64,000 nt of DNA from a virus. Positions 1 to 10,857 of the stretch are shown here, in pieces. Positions within the stretch are counted from its first letter, which is position 1, and each line of letters begins with the position of its first letter. A program made the translations under genes and the position numbers. Location of the stretch: positions 1-64,000 of IMG/VR virus record IMGVR_UViG_3300019471_000109. One strand, written 5' to 3'. The notes beneath the pieces are model-generated. The model searched no databases. It was given only the letters and a program-made list of their open reading frames with translations, and was not told where the DNA came from.

Positions 1-72
1 GTGTTAGAAATGTACGCCAAGACCCAGTTAGAAATTTCATTCTTAGTAATGTAGATGCTTATACAGAGTTAA
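1..72 (+). CDS. 3' end of an upstream gene (partial; ends at TAA 70-72)
   Basis: Frame 1 is open from base 1 to TAA at 70-72. It contains an in-frame TAG at 52-54. Confidence 0.3.
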
Positions 73-206
73 CCGTGATATTCACTGGTAGATTTGCACA
101 TAATAACATTTAGTGGAATCCTCATAATTATAATGAGTAGCTAAGCTTAAATGGTAAAAGAATGAAAAAACTTACTATTATTTAGAATGGTATGAATCAA
201 TATTCT

Positions 207-229
207 GGTAATATACGCGGGCGGGGCGC
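207..229. other. GC-rich hairpin (7-bp stem ATACGCG/CGCGTAT, loop GGCGGGG) in an AT-rich intergenic region
   Basis: Perfect inverted repeat read directly from the sequence. It lies upstream of the LigT-like gene. Confidence 0.3.
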
Positions 230-274
230 GTATGAAGCATTTTAGGGATACGATGCAGTTATAACGGAGTTCAG

Positions 275-829
275 ATGATGAAAATAGCATACGGAAGATT
301 AATCGCATCAAAAGAAACTGATGAATATTTATTAAATTTGTGCAAGGAATTAGGTCTAAAAGATATTTAGAAAGAATTTCATATTACTTGCTTATACACA
401 CCCGGAACAGAAGAAACCTTAGAAAAATTAATTACAAGAGAAGCCTCGGATCTTGGTGTATAGTTACCGGCAAAAGCAAAATTTAAATCATTTAGACTTT
501 TTGGTAATACTTTAGTTCTTGAATTAGAATGTAAAGAAGCAACTGAGATTTTTAATCAATTAAAACTCAGAGGCGCAAAATGGAAACACAAAGAATTTAT
601 TGTTCATTGCTCATTAAGTTATAATTGCGATAAAATTCCAGATCAAAAAGTAAATATTAAAGAATTGGTATTTGATGACTATAAAGCAGAATACTAGAAT
701 GATGATATCAGTAAAGATAGTATTATCAGAGAACATATAGCGCAAAAAGAACAGAAATTATATTCTTTAAATGATTATTTCATTCAAAAATTAAATGAAA
801 AATATCAAGATTATAATTTTGGATATTAA
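275..829 (+). CDS. 2H phosphoesterase superfamily protein (LigT-like 2'-5' RNA ligase or cyclic phosphodiesterase); 3 in-frame TAG
   Basis: Two H-x-T/S-x motifs (HITCLY and HCSLSY). One frame is continuous from ATG 275 to TAA 827-829 if TAG is read as sense. Confidence 0.6.
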
Positions 830-835
830 TAATAA

Positions 836-864
836 AGGCAGGAAATCCTGCCTTTTGTTTTTCT
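836..864. terminator. Bidirectional rho-independent terminator (AGGCAGG aaat CCTGCCT + T-run)
   Basis: Hairpin plus T-tract between two convergent genes. Confidence 0.6.
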
Positions 865-956
865 AGCCGCTGCCTAGAACTCCTTCTACTTGCTCATTAT
901 AAGCTGGCCGAAGTTGCACTCTGCGGATTCCTATAAGAGGGAACATTTACTCTTTA

Positions 957-1874
957 TTAAAATTTAAAGAAAATCTAAACTTCTTCAGTTTGGTCCATCT
1001 ATCTAATAATAGGTGTTCTATTTTCAATATAAAGCAATTCACCAGAATGTTGAAGTAAATCATCTTTACGATGAGAATTCCCAGTAGCTTTAATTTTACT
1101 TTTCTAAGTGGAATTTTTTAATTCTGGGTTCATAATTAACCCTAATTGTCTAAACCCAGTATTTCCAGGTAATGTTGTCTCCGGAAAATAAATAGAATCC
1201 ATGTATGCTTTAAATCTAAGAGTATTACATTTTGTTCTGAATACTAATTGATTATCCTAGTCCCAGCTTAATACATTTTTATATCCCCATTTTTCTGGGT
1301 TTTTCTAAAGTTCATCTGGCATAGGAACAACTAGGTATTCATTTGTTACTCTATTCACAACAACATCAACTGGAATCGAATACAAATATTCCCATTTATA
1401 TCCATCTTCCATATCAATCGCATCACCCGTTCCTCTAGGAGCATAAATAGATTCATATTTTGGAGTCCATTTACCGCCAAATTTCTAGCATGTGATTTTA
1501 TCGGTTGCGATATCAATAGAACATTCACCTTCACTCGGAACATCAACACATCTATAAACTTTAATACCTTCACCCGGTGCGATCTGGTTAAAAATACCAG
1601 TATTCACTGCAATAATATCATTAATGTAGAATGTTTTTGAGGTTGCATATCTCTAATCGCCCCAATCCTTTCTTGGAATTACAGCATCAAAATAGGCCTC
1701 TGGTATCTTTATAATACCAACCATGTTATTCCATACGTCTACTATACCAGCAGTGTTATCTAGAGGCATCGGTGGGCTAAAATCCTATTCAGTTTCGCGT
1801 TCAGACCAAGATGATTCTTTACCAAACTACAAATAAATGGAATTTTTATCAGCGGAATCACCCACCTTGTTCAT
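957..1874 (-). CDS. Hypothetical protein, 305 aa, with 8 in-frame TAG codons
   Basis: Single continuous minus-strand frame from ATG (complement 1872-1874) to TAA (complement 957-959). The six-frame track shows only fragments because of the TAGs. Confidence 0.55.
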
Positions 1875-1936
1875 AAAGTTTACTAAGTTTTGTGTTCTAA
1901 ATTTAGATGTAATTAACTATCTATAACTTGGCATGA

Positions 1937-2482
1937 TTAAACTTTTTCAACATACGATTTAACTTTGTTAAATGCTTTTTCATCATCTCCAATGTGCCCT
2001 GAATTATAATCAAGCATAATTGAAGCAGCGATATTTGCATTTTTAAGTTTTGCAATTAAACCATCTAAAAATGTGTCTGTATTGAAATTTTTTGCATCAG
2101 CAACAGTATCTTTCGCAATTTTCATTAATCTTTTTGCATATTCTGTGTATAATGCTCTATAATCATCAGCAGGTTCATCTTTAAATTTTAAAGCTTCTGT
2201 TAAATTATCACGTTCAACCGATTCGAATAATTCTGGGAACATGTCTTCAGCATCTAACTTATCCATGTTATAGCCATCTGGTGATAAAATATATTTTTTA
2301 ACTTTATCTTTAGGGCCAGTGATATCACATTCGTGGCCACGTCTAAATTTAAATTTAATACCAAATTTCTTTTCGGTTTCTTTTTGTTCTTTAGCACCGC
2401 CGTCAAAAATTACATCAGCATCAAGTGTAATATTTTTTTCGGTGATTAAAGATTCGTTCATTAATTCTTGCAAGGATTTCAT
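1937..2482 (-). CDS. Hypothetical protein (181 aa)
   Basis: ORF track; no TAG inside. Confidence 0.6.
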   Translation of the reverse strand: MKSLQELMNESLITEKNITLDADVIFDGGAKEQKETEKKFGIKFKFRRGHECDITGPKDKVKKYILSPDGYNMDKLDAEDMFPELFESVERDNLTEALKFKDEPADDYRALYTEYAKRLMKIAKDTVADAKNFNTDTFLDGLIAKLKNANIAASIMLDYNSGHIGDDEKAFNKVKSYVEKV

Positions 2483-2502
2483 ATTTTACCTCTTTATTCC
2501 AT

Positions 2503-4131
2503 TTAGATAAATTTATTTAATATTCCAAAATCCTTTTCAATTAATTTATATGCATTACTCATATCTTCTTTTGACATATCAGAAATTTTAGATTGAATTT
2601 CTTGTTCAGATAGTTCAACGTATTCAAAACAATATAAATTTGAATCATCTGGGAGTTTATCATATAATTTAATTGATAATTCAATTAATTCATTTACTTT
2701 CTTCGCAAAGAATTCATTATTTTTATGATGTTTACGTTGGAAGAAAACTTTTTCAATTTCAATTGGAATAATGCCACGTTTATCTTTTCGATATAACATG
2801 CCATTTGCTGCTTGAGCATATTCTGTTGAAGTTTCTACTTCTTTATTCAAATATTTTTCAACAGAATGATAATCTGTTCTTCCGGCAATAGTTTCAGGAC
2901 TAATATTCCATTGTCTTACAATTGAGGGATATAAGCTTGTGAGGTCATCTGATACAATCCATCCGTATCTCATTCCAATTTTAGGTTCTTTTACATAAGC
3001 GCCAACATAAGTTTCTTTTGGATGAGATCTTTTCATTGGAACAATTTTATTTTGACTTAAAAGAGAATTAAAAATAATTCCATCCCATGTTGTTACAGGT
3101 GATAATACTTTTTCAAAATTAATATGTGAGTAATATGATAGACTTACCGCTAATAATAAAAATTTTAATTTATTATCAAGCTTTTCAATTAATAAAGTAT
3201 CTTGAATGTTATAATCACAATAACGTTGAGGATCTTCTTCAGCAAGTTTCCATAAAGGACCATCGTATTCAAGTTTATTTTCGCCAAGTTCTAATTCAGC
3301 AATAAAATCTAATTTATATGATGATCTTGCGGTGATTCTGAATTTTTTATATAAAGCAAGATAATCTAAAATAGCAATACCAGCAAATGAATAAGTTTTT
3401 TCCGGAAATTCATCATCAGCGCTTGAACCTTCTGCAATTCTAGAGCCAATAAAGCCAAATGGGCTAAAATTAGATGTGACTTTTTCTCCAAATAATTTAT
3501 TATATCTATTCACCATGTACTGGATATCATAATTGTCAATATTCCAGCCTGTTACAATATGAGGATAATTAGATTTCCAATATGTTAAGTAATCTAATAA
3601 CATTTCTTGTTCTGAATTAAAATACTTATATTTAGCTCGCTTTAAAATTTCTTTAGATAAAGTACTTTTATTTCTGTCCCATTTTCTAGTTGAAAAAAGC
3701 CAGATATCACCTGTAATTGAATCGATGTGAGAAATAGCATCAATTTCTTCTTTTGCTTCATTAGGATATGGGAAACCATTTTTTGAAACTGTTTCAATAT
3801 CGATAGATGCAATTCTTAATTTACTTGCATCAAAACTAACTGGGCCTGGATATAAATCAGCTAAATATAATAATTCAAGATTTTCTTGCCCAAGTACTTC
3901 TTGATTTGCGTCTATCATCAGCCGACGATTATCTCTATATTCTTTAACAGAATTAAAATCAAATCGTTGAACGTTATTCCCGTAAATATCTTGATAACCA
4001 GTTTCATGATTACAGTGCAAAAAATACCAAGGATTCATTTGAAATTTTTCAATTTTATCTTGACCATTTTCAAAATATCTGTGATATAAATATTCACCGC
4101 GCGAATACACATTTGAATAAAATTTATTCAC
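2503..4131 (-). CDS. 43: DNA polymerase (family B, T4 gp43-like), N-terminal gene segment: 3'-5' exonuclease domain through polymerase motif A
   Basis: Strong similarity to the T4 gp43 N-terminus: DIETVS matches T4 DIEVTG, EIDAISHIDS matches EIDAITHYDS, SPVTTWDGIIFNS, and motif A DLTSLYPSIVRQWNISPETI. It ends in TAA before motif B. Confidence 0.9.
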   Translation of the reverse strand: MNKFYSNVYSRGEYLYHRYFENGQDKIEKFQMNPWYFLHCNHETGYQDIYGNNVQRFDFNSVKEYRDNRRLMIDANQEVLGQENLELLYLADLYPGPVSFDASKLRIASIDIETVSKNGFPYPNEAKEEIDAISHIDSITGDIWLFSTRKWDRNKSTLSKEILKRAKYKYFNSEQEMLLDYLTYWKSNYPHIVTGWNIDNYDIQYMVNRYNKLFGEKVTSNFSPFGFIGSRIAEGSSADDEFPEKTYSFAGIAILDYLALYKKFRITARSSYKLDFIAELELGENKLEYDGPLWKLAEEDPQRYCDYNIQDTLLIEKLDNKLKFLLLAVSLSYYSHINFEKVLSPVTTWDGIIFNSLLSQNKIVPMKRSHPKETYVGAYVKEPKIGMRYGWIVSDDLTSLYPSIVRQWNISPETIAGRTDYHSVEKYLNKEVETSTEYAQAANGMLYRKDKRGIIPIEIEKVFFQRKHHKNNEFFAKKVNELIELSIKLYDKLPDDSNLYCFEYVELSEQEIQSKISDMSKEDMSNAYKLIEKDFGILNKFI

Positions 4132-4438
4132 TTTTTACCTCTTCTAAAGTCGTGAAGAAATCACTTAATTTATTTGTTTTATATTTCTTATCTGTAATAA
4201 TTGTAACACATTTCATATTAATTATTTCTACAAATTCACCAGAATAATATTCATTAAACACAAATTCATCTGAATAATAATCATACTTAATTGTTTGGTC
4301 TTCTTTATTTCTTGCTCGTAAAATAAGTTCTTTATTTTGGTCTTTACATAATACATAATAATTATATTGATCATCATTAGAAAAGACACCAGCATTTACG
4401 CTCATCGAAACCAATAAAGCAAATAATAACTTTTTCAT
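4124..4438 (-). CDS. Small secreted protein (signal peptide MKKLLFALLVSMSVNA)
   Basis: ORF track 4124..4489. The start is preferred at the internal ATG with an AAGAGG RBS; the N-terminus reads as a signal peptide. Confidence 0.5.
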   Translation of the reverse strand: MKKLLFALLVSMSVNAGVFSNDDQYNYYVLCKDQNKELILRARNKEDQTIKYDYYSDEFVFNEYYSGEFVEIINMKCVTIITDKKYKTNKLSDFFTTLEEVKSE

Positions 4439-4517
4439 AAAATCCTCTTTATACAAAATTGTTCTTAAATAATATAAAATAATTTGCAAATTATTACTAA
4501 AACAAAGGTTAACTTTA

Positions 4518-5375
4518 ATGAAATTTCAGAATAAGAAAAGATTAATTGACGTCGGAGAAATTGGTAACGCTTAGACCGGCGATATCATTTTTAATGGTGG
4601 CGTAAAAATTAATGAAGTTTTCTAGGATTTGTATAATGTATTTGGTGATAGACGATTACTAAAAGGTAACGATGGTCAAAATTTAATGATCCTTCATGGT
4701 ACTGGATATTATCAAAAACTTCCCAGATCAGAATATACAGCAGAAATAGAAATCGGTTAGATGCATGATATCAGCACATCTGATGGTCCATTAACAATCA
4801 GACTACCGACTAATTGTAAAGCAGGTGAACGAGTAAGAATTTAGAATTTTGATGGTTCATGGAAAAACTTTACTTTATAGGTTGATGCAAATTCTGGCGG
4901 TAATATTGATGGTAAGCAAGTACAAAAATATAATCAAGATTTTTGTGAAATTCAATTTGTGTGTACAGATGATTCACAATTAAACGTTCGTGGATGGAAA
5001 GCTTTAGTTACTCCGTTATATGGGAATCATTATGTTCCTGTAGATGATATTATTGATCTATAGAGACAACAAATTCTACAAAAAGAAATCTTTAAAACAA
5101 AAGACTATACTGCATTAAAATTATTAATTTCTGGCGAAGAGATTATTAATACATCAGAACAGACATATAAACAACTTATGGAAGTTCTTGTTTTAACTGA
5201 TAAAGATCAAGTATTAAGTACTGAATACGGTGTTTTATATACTTCTCCAGAAAAATTATTTACTGTTGAGTTTGTTTTATCCCAAGATAAATCTACAGTG
5301 TATGCAAAAATCTAGTAGAGTTCTACAAAACAACTTAGAATTCAAATTAAATCTATAGAGCAAATCAAAATTTAA
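4518..5375 (+). CDS. Hypothetical protein (285 aa) with 8 in-frame TAG, including a tandem TAG-TAG
   Basis: Continuous frame from ATG 4518 to TAA 5373-5375. It is on the opposite strand between the two polymerase segments. Confidence 0.5.
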
Positions 5376-5376
5376 A

Positions 5377-5401
5377 AAAAGGAGGCAATGCCTCCTTTAT
5401 T
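5377..5401. terminator. Bidirectional terminator (AGGAGGC aat GCCTCCT + T-run)
   Basis: Hairpin plus T-tract. Confidence 0.55.
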
Positions 5402-5614
5402 TTATACTCTTTCCTTCAAAAGATCATAACACTCTTCATATGTTCCGGCAACAGCGGTTAAAATAGTACCATTTTTATGTTCTTCAACAAAATAATGAGT
5501 TGTTAAAATAACATCTTTTATATATGGATGTCCTGATTCAACTTTAGCAACAAAGAAAATTTTATCATCTTTCTTGAATTCTGCTAAAATATTTTCTTTT
5601 ACAAAAATAAACAT
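5402..5614 (-). CDS. Small hypothetical protein (about 70 aa)
   Basis: ORF track 5402..5680. The start is preferred at the internal ATG preceded by AGGAGG. Confidence 0.45.
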   Translation of the reverse strand: MFIFVKENILAEFKKDDKIFFVAKVESGHPYIKDVILTTHYFVEEHKNGTILTAVAGTYEECYDLLKERV

Positions 5615-5669
5615 AAGTCCTCCTGTTAAATACGAATCTATTTTTATATCTTTACTATAATAATTAACT

Positions 5670-6791
5670 TTAAATTTCAAATAATGAACTTAAAGAAGCT
5701 TTTTTCTCATGTTGCCATCCAATTGCTTCAGTCATTAATTTTAATGGAGCATCAAATCCTTTTTCAATCATTGTGTTCAAATCTATCATATTTTCAAGAT
5801 CTAAATTAAATTCTTTTGGCGGCTTAGTTCCTGTTGGCCAACCGAACACTTCACCAACTGTATTAGGCATTGTTAATCTTAACATATAGATTTTATCACC
5901 TGACTTAATTGGTTCAAGGTCTTTATGATATTGTTGCAGTTTATTATATGCAGCAGCAGCCTTATGGTTTTGCCCTGCTCCTTTTAATGTAACCCATAAA
6001 TTAGTATCAATATACTTGTCAAATCCATTTACTGATGAAATTTGCGCAATTTGATCTAAAGGTTGGGATCTATATTCTTCTTTAACTTTCTTAACATATT
6101 TTTGAAGATCAGATTCATCTTTAGTTAACATAATTTCAATTGCTTTTTTCAAAGCTTTTTGCGCAAATGGTGGTGTACTAGATTTCTGAGTTTCTAATCC
6201 CATTACTTTTAGTTTATATGTTAGATGGCCAGTATCATCGTATACTCTATCACCTTCGGAATCCCACACTACTGCTGCATATTTTTTCTTAGCTGTCCAA
6301 AATGCTGAACTTGCAATAATTTCGCGGTCCATGAACATTAAATGTTCTAATGAATTCATATATTTATGGAGATCTTGATATGCATTGTCAATAGCAGGCT
6401 GAATTAATTTATTATGAAGTTCATCAGCTTTATTAACTCTCTGTTCCATAGATGAATCAGGATTTCTTGATATATACATTTGCATTAACGGGTCTATATT
6501 AACATAAGCACTATCGGTATCTTGGTAGACGATATAATCTTTATCATTTGTTTTTAATACTTGGTTTAGTTTATTACTAATAGCATGACCACCCCATTGA
6601 ATAACAAGTTGACCTGTAGAAGTAACTGCTTCTGCATTTCTTAAATCATAAAATCTAAAGTGATTATTCCCTAGCGCGCCATATAACTAATTGATGAGGA
6701 TCTTACGCGCATATTGATTTACATATTCTATAATAGAAATACTCGTTAAGTGTTTTTTGGTATTTTTTAATTTTTCTAATGATGGTTTCAT
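5670..6791 (-). CDS. 43: DNA polymerase (gp43-like), C-terminal gene segment: motif B (KILIN-TAG-LYGALGN), motif C (YQDTDS) and thumb; 1 in-frame TAG at the conserved Ser of motif B
   Basis: Similarity to the T4 gp43 C-terminal third (HLMFMDRE, MGLETQKSSTP, ASLSSLFEI). It has its own ATG and a GAGGA RBS. The TAG is at complement 6687-6689. Confidence 0.85.
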
Positions 6792-6800
6792 ATATCCTCG

Positions 6801-6830
6801 AAATAAAAAAGGGTTTAGAATAATTCTAAA
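6801..6830. terminator. Palindromic hairpin (GGGTTTAGAAT AATTCTAAACCC), likely a bidirectional terminator
   Basis: Perfect palindrome between the capsid gene end and the start of the polymerase C-segment. Confidence 0.5.
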
Positions 6831-6855
6831 CCCAATTATAATTTATTAATCTTAA

Positions 6856-8136
6856 TTAATTACTTTTTAATTTAATACCAACAAACATCTATAACTTCTA
6901 TTTGCCGATTAAGTTATTCCAATCATCACCACGATTAATCTTTTCATTCTAATCAATAAAAGGATTAACTGATAATGCATATCTTGTCATTAATAAGACG
7001 TTATTATGGAAACTCATAGGATCTCTTGAAATATAAATCTATGAGCCATCTTCTTCTTGGTAAGGGCAATAATATAAAGAACCGATAATATCATCTGGAA
7101 TATATTCTTCATCTTCAGGCTCTTCATCTTTTGATACAGCTTCAGCAATATCAATATTATGTTTACATCCAACTACAAAATAGTCAAATTTGCTATAAGT
7201 GTCAATGTAAATTTTGAGACCTGATTTTAAATACCCATGAGATCTTGTCATTTCTGATTCTTGGTTGAAAACAACTAAACCAGCACCACATAATAAACCA
7301 TACACATCAGGAGATACAATTACATAAGTAGCTGAATATGTTGTGTTCTATAACATTTTCGCTGCTGCAGCACCGATCATAGAATTGATATCTCTACCAA
7401 TTTGCCATAAAGGGTCAGTTCTTGTTGATAAATCAATAAAACCATTAGTAATACCCAATGCTTTATCATCAAAACGTTTACTTACAGTGATTAATTTACT
7501 AATAATATCTTTATTAACTTCATTAACCAAAGCTGTTGCTAATGTATCCTCAACAATTGCGACAGAATCCATTCCATTTGCCTCAAGATCTTGAATTAAT
7601 TCTTGTGTTAATTTGATCTAAATTTTTCTAGTTCTACATGGAACAACCCATTTACCAATTTCAAATTTAGCTTCAATAGGTGCTTCACCTTCAGTATATG
7701 AAACTTCAGCGGCGTCTGAATATAATCTTAATGTTCCATCGATAACAGCTTTTAGCACAACAACTGATAAATCTGCATCAGCACTTAATGTTCCAGCTTT
7801 AACTGCGATATAAATTGCATCATTATCAGGCGTTCTATATACTTTATCTTTAGTTACAGATAAACCACTTGATAAAACCGGTAAATCTTTAACTTTATTT
7901 TTACTATTTGTGCCAGTAACAGTTAAATTATTATCATGTAATGTTTGACCATCTTCAGTCAAATATTTTAACCCAAAAATTTGTGCTTCTGGGTTATTTG
8001 TTTGTTGAATAGCTACCATATCACGGAAAACTCTTGAGGCAACTGTTTTCTATAATGATACTAAGTACGGGCGAGTTCCCTAAATTGCGTTGGTTTTTGT
8101 CTATTCTTGTAGTAATTCTTCTAAAATTCTAGCCAT
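6856..8136 (-). CDS. 24: gp23/gp24-family capsid protein (closest to the T4 vertex protein gp24), 426 aa, 9 in-frame TAG
   Basis: The N-terminus MARILEELLQE-TAG-TKTNAI matches T4 gp24 MAKINELLRESTTTNSNSIG. QDLEANGMD, KIYIDTYSKFDYFVVG and LMTRYALSVNPF are also conserved. The track ORFs 7039..7305, 7348..7572 and 7618..8019 are pieces of this one frame. Confidence 0.75.
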
Positions 8137-8148
8137 TATATGCCCTTA

Positions 8149-8892
8149 TTATTTTGTAGAAGTTAAGTACTCATTTACAAGTAGTAAAAGCTCTGTATAT
8201 CCAGGAGCAAATAATACTTTATCTTCAGTGATCCAATAATATAAGTTTGTATTTGTATCGCGATAGAACACAATTTTGTCTTTTACTGAAATTGCTTGGT
8301 TATAAACTTTTCTAGTAGATGGATCTTTAATTGTTCCAGATAAAATTTCATTTGCTTGATATGTAAAAATGAAATCAAATTTAACACTTTGAGTGCTTGT
8401 TAAAATAGGATAGCCAGAAACATCTGTATCAGATTTTTCTTCTGTAGCTGTAGGTTTCTATTCGGTTTCTTCTAAAGTGTCTGTATGGGCTTCTAATTCA
8501 TCCTAAACAGTATTAGTTTCTTGTACTTCAGGTTGTTCAGTAACTTCTGTAGTTTCTTGAACATCTTCATGATGTTCAGTATCTTCAACTGTTTCGGCAG
8601 TTGTTTCAGCAGTTTCTTCTGGACTAGATAATTCAAAGCCAATCACTAATGGCTGAGGCTCATCTTGAATTGTAATATAAAGTTCAACTTTATCTTCTGG
8701 GTTGTCAAATTTAATAACAGCAGATTTGTTTAATTTTACTTCTGGCGTTAAAATATTTGCTGTAGTCTATTTTACTTGAGCAGTAATATTTCTTTGACCG
8801 GTAATTTCTTTTCCATCTTGTTCAATTTTTAATGGAACTGTATAAACGCCGTTTTCAACGGTATATTCTGGAGTATAGTTTAATCTAATCAT
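8149..8892 (-). CDS. Acidic Glu/Thr-rich protein, possibly a prohead core scaffold (gp22-like by position and composition); 3 in-frame TAG
   Basis: Continuous minus frame ending in TAA TAA. It sits immediately upstream of the capsid gene. The gp22 assignment rests on position and composition only. Confidence 0.4.
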
Positions 8893-8973
8893 TTGCAAAT
8901 TTTCTCTATTAACTATATTTTTATTTTATTATTTATTATAAAAATAAAGGCGATTTAATAATCGCCTATAAAA

Positions 8974-10005
8974 TTATAAAGAAATCAAATATTCACGAAC
9001 TGATTCAGCAACACGTTTATTAAAAAGTTTAATTACTTTATCTAATAATGTGATATCTTCAAAATCCTTTTTAATATCTTCTACTGCATCTAACAACGTT
9101 TCTTTCACCACATTACCAAATACTTTTTGTAATTCTTCACGCTCAGAAATACCGAGGTGAGAACACACATTCGAAACACGATTTACATTAGCATATCCAA
9201 TAATCTGTTCTAAGAATTTTTGTTCTTCTTCAGACAAAATAGATTCTTTCTTGATCGGTTTAGATGTATGATTTTCTGAGAATTTTTGATTTTTATTTTT
9301 CAGAATAATACGCCCGAATCTTGCGAAAGTAACTTCAGTTGGCTCAATAACAACACCTTCGGTAATATTTTTACCAGTGAATGTTAGTTTTTCTTTATCA
9401 TATAATTCTTGATTATATTTTAAATTACCGGAAATAGAATCAAAATCATTAGGAAACGATAAAGCTTCATCTAAGTTATTTGTTTGTAACAAAATAACAG
9501 GAGATGCTAAACCATAAGTATTTGCTAAAATTTTAACCGTTTCTTTATTAACTGCTAATGGAACTTCAGCATCATCATTAACAAATGTTAAGAAAATGTC
9601 AAACAAATAAAATTCTTGATTACCATAGTCAACTTCTTTTTGAATTTTATTACCAGCGGTTAATGTTCCGGCATATTCACCAAATAAATTAACTACTTTT
9701 AATGTAGGTCCATAAAAACTACGAAGATAATCGTTTAATTCAGTTACTCGCTGAATTAATGTTTTTCCATTATTTTCTACACGTTTTAACCCAGGCAAAT
9801 CATAGAAACTTGAAAATTCATCTAATAATTGATTTCTTGATGCGAAAGAAATATTATTATTTTCATCAAAGATAATTTGAAAATTAGCACCATGAATTTT
9901 TTCAGAAACAATCCATGTTTGTTCCGGTAAATTCATACGGATATAATCGATTACTTTCTTTTGGGAAGCATTTGTAATACTTGGATATTTTTTAAACAAA
10001 TTCAT
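8974..10005 (-). CDS. rnlB: RNA ligase 2 (T4 Rnl2 / gp24.1-like)
   Basis: The KIHGANF nucleotidyl-transferase motif and overall similarity to T4 Rnl2 (FGEYAG, KNQKFSE). Confidence 0.8.
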   Translation of the reverse strand: MNLFKKYPSITNASQKKVIDYIRMNLPEQTWIVSEKIHGANFQIIFDENNNISFASRNQLLDEFSSFYDLPGLKRVENNGKTLIQRVTELNDYLRSFYGPTLKVVNLFGEYAGTLTAGNKIQKEVDYGNQEFYLFDIFLTFVNDDAEVPLAVNKETVKILANTYGLASPVILLQTNNLDEALSFPNDFDSISGNLKYNQELYDKEKLTFTGKNITEGVVIEPTEVTFARFGRIILKNKNQKFSENHTSKPIKKESILSEEEQKFLEQIIGYANVNRVSNVCSHLGISEREELQKVFGNVVKETLLDAVEDIKKDFEDITLLDKVIKLFNKRVAESVREYLISL

Positions 10006-10014
10006 ATTTTACCT

Positions 10015-10434
10015 TTAATACGTTACTTTAATTGTTACATCAACCGCATCTAATTCTTCAATCATAGTTTCTTTTAAAAGAGGGAGATCCGATAATAAAT
10101 CATCAATAGCATTACCAACAATCGTGGCTGGTGTTAATGAAATCAATAAAATGTTATCATCTACGGTATACAATTTCTCTACAACTAGTTCGTAATCCCC
10201 AAAAGCTTGACGATAATCATACGGTTGTTCCGGGTCAATTTCTTTGCCATCATTTTGGCCAATCATGTTAGCAATAAATTCAGAATGAATGTGTTTCACT
10301 TCATCTCTTGTTAAGCTTCCTTTAGGGTTAGACACATTAATAAAAATCGAAGGTGATAGATTATAAGATAATCTTTGTTCTAAAATCGCAGCCAATTTAT
10401 TAACTACTTGAATGGAAATCATATTTTCTCCCAT
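10015..10434 (-). CDS. Hypothetical protein
   Basis: ORF track. Confidence 0.55.
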   Translation of the reverse strand: MGENMISIQVVNKLAAILEQRLSYNLSPSIFINVSNPKGSLTRDEVKHIHSEFIANMIGQNDGKEIDPEQPYDYRQAFGDYELVVEKLYTVDDNILLISLTPATIVGNAIDDLLSDLPLLKETMIEELDAVDVTIKVTY

Positions 10435-10856
10435 TAGAATTTTTTAAGACGTTGTTCAAGAACGTGCTTATATGCTTTTAATAATTCAAATTGTTTTTGT
10501 AACAATTCATCCGATGATAAATGAGAACAAACTTTAGCTAATTTTTCAAGTTTTGTTTCCAATTCATCAAGTTCAATTTTAACATTATCTTCCCATGTCA
10601 AAACTTTTTCTCGATAATATTTTTCTTGTACTTGATACCCATATACATTCCACATTTTATCAAATGTATTATCGTATGCAACTTTTTTACCAATTTCAAA
10701 ATCAAAATTTTCTGGATCGATTACCCCAGCATCACCCTGAAAAACATATCCATTTTTAACCGTAATAACGCAATGAACACATCTGCCAGGAACAGTTTTA
10801 ATATATTGAACATCTTTGATTTGTGATTCTAAAAATTCTTTTGTTAATCTGTACAT
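10434..10856 (-). CDS. Hypothetical protein
   Basis: ORF track. Confidence 0.55.
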   Translation of the reverse strand: MYRLTKEFLESQIKDVQYIKTVPGRCVHCVITVKNGYVFQGDAGVIDPENFDFEIGKKVAYDNTFDKMWNVYGYQVQEKYYREKVLTWEDNVKIELDELETKLEKLAKVCSHLSSDELLQKQFELLKAYKHVLEQRLKKF

Positions 10857-10857
10857 A

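Noticed and set aside
866-956. The GC-richer 90-nt intergenic stretch between convergent genes as a tRNA or small RNA gene
   Set aside because: I could not fold a cloverleaf or a convincing stable structure by hand. It is mentioned only as a candidate for covariance-model scanning.
2319-2510. Short track ORFs lying antisense to, or nested in, well-supported genes: 1355..1573, 2319..2510, 3886..4089, 7343..7594, 10626..10826, 14797..14988, 15223..15516, 21530..21742, 23342..23608, 23549..23794, 26631..26939, 28709..28924, 31271..31495, 31461..31688, 32599..32820, 36575..36874, 46314..46778, 47130..47528, 48513..48776, 50417..50638, 56824..57033, 58377..58592, 59368..59912, 60014..60427, 60061..60273, 60671..60868, 60856..61056, 61240..61440, 63330..63557
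   Set aside because: They overlap stronger genes or tRNAs on the other strand or frame, and have low-complexity or codon-biased artefactual composition with no RBS or homology.
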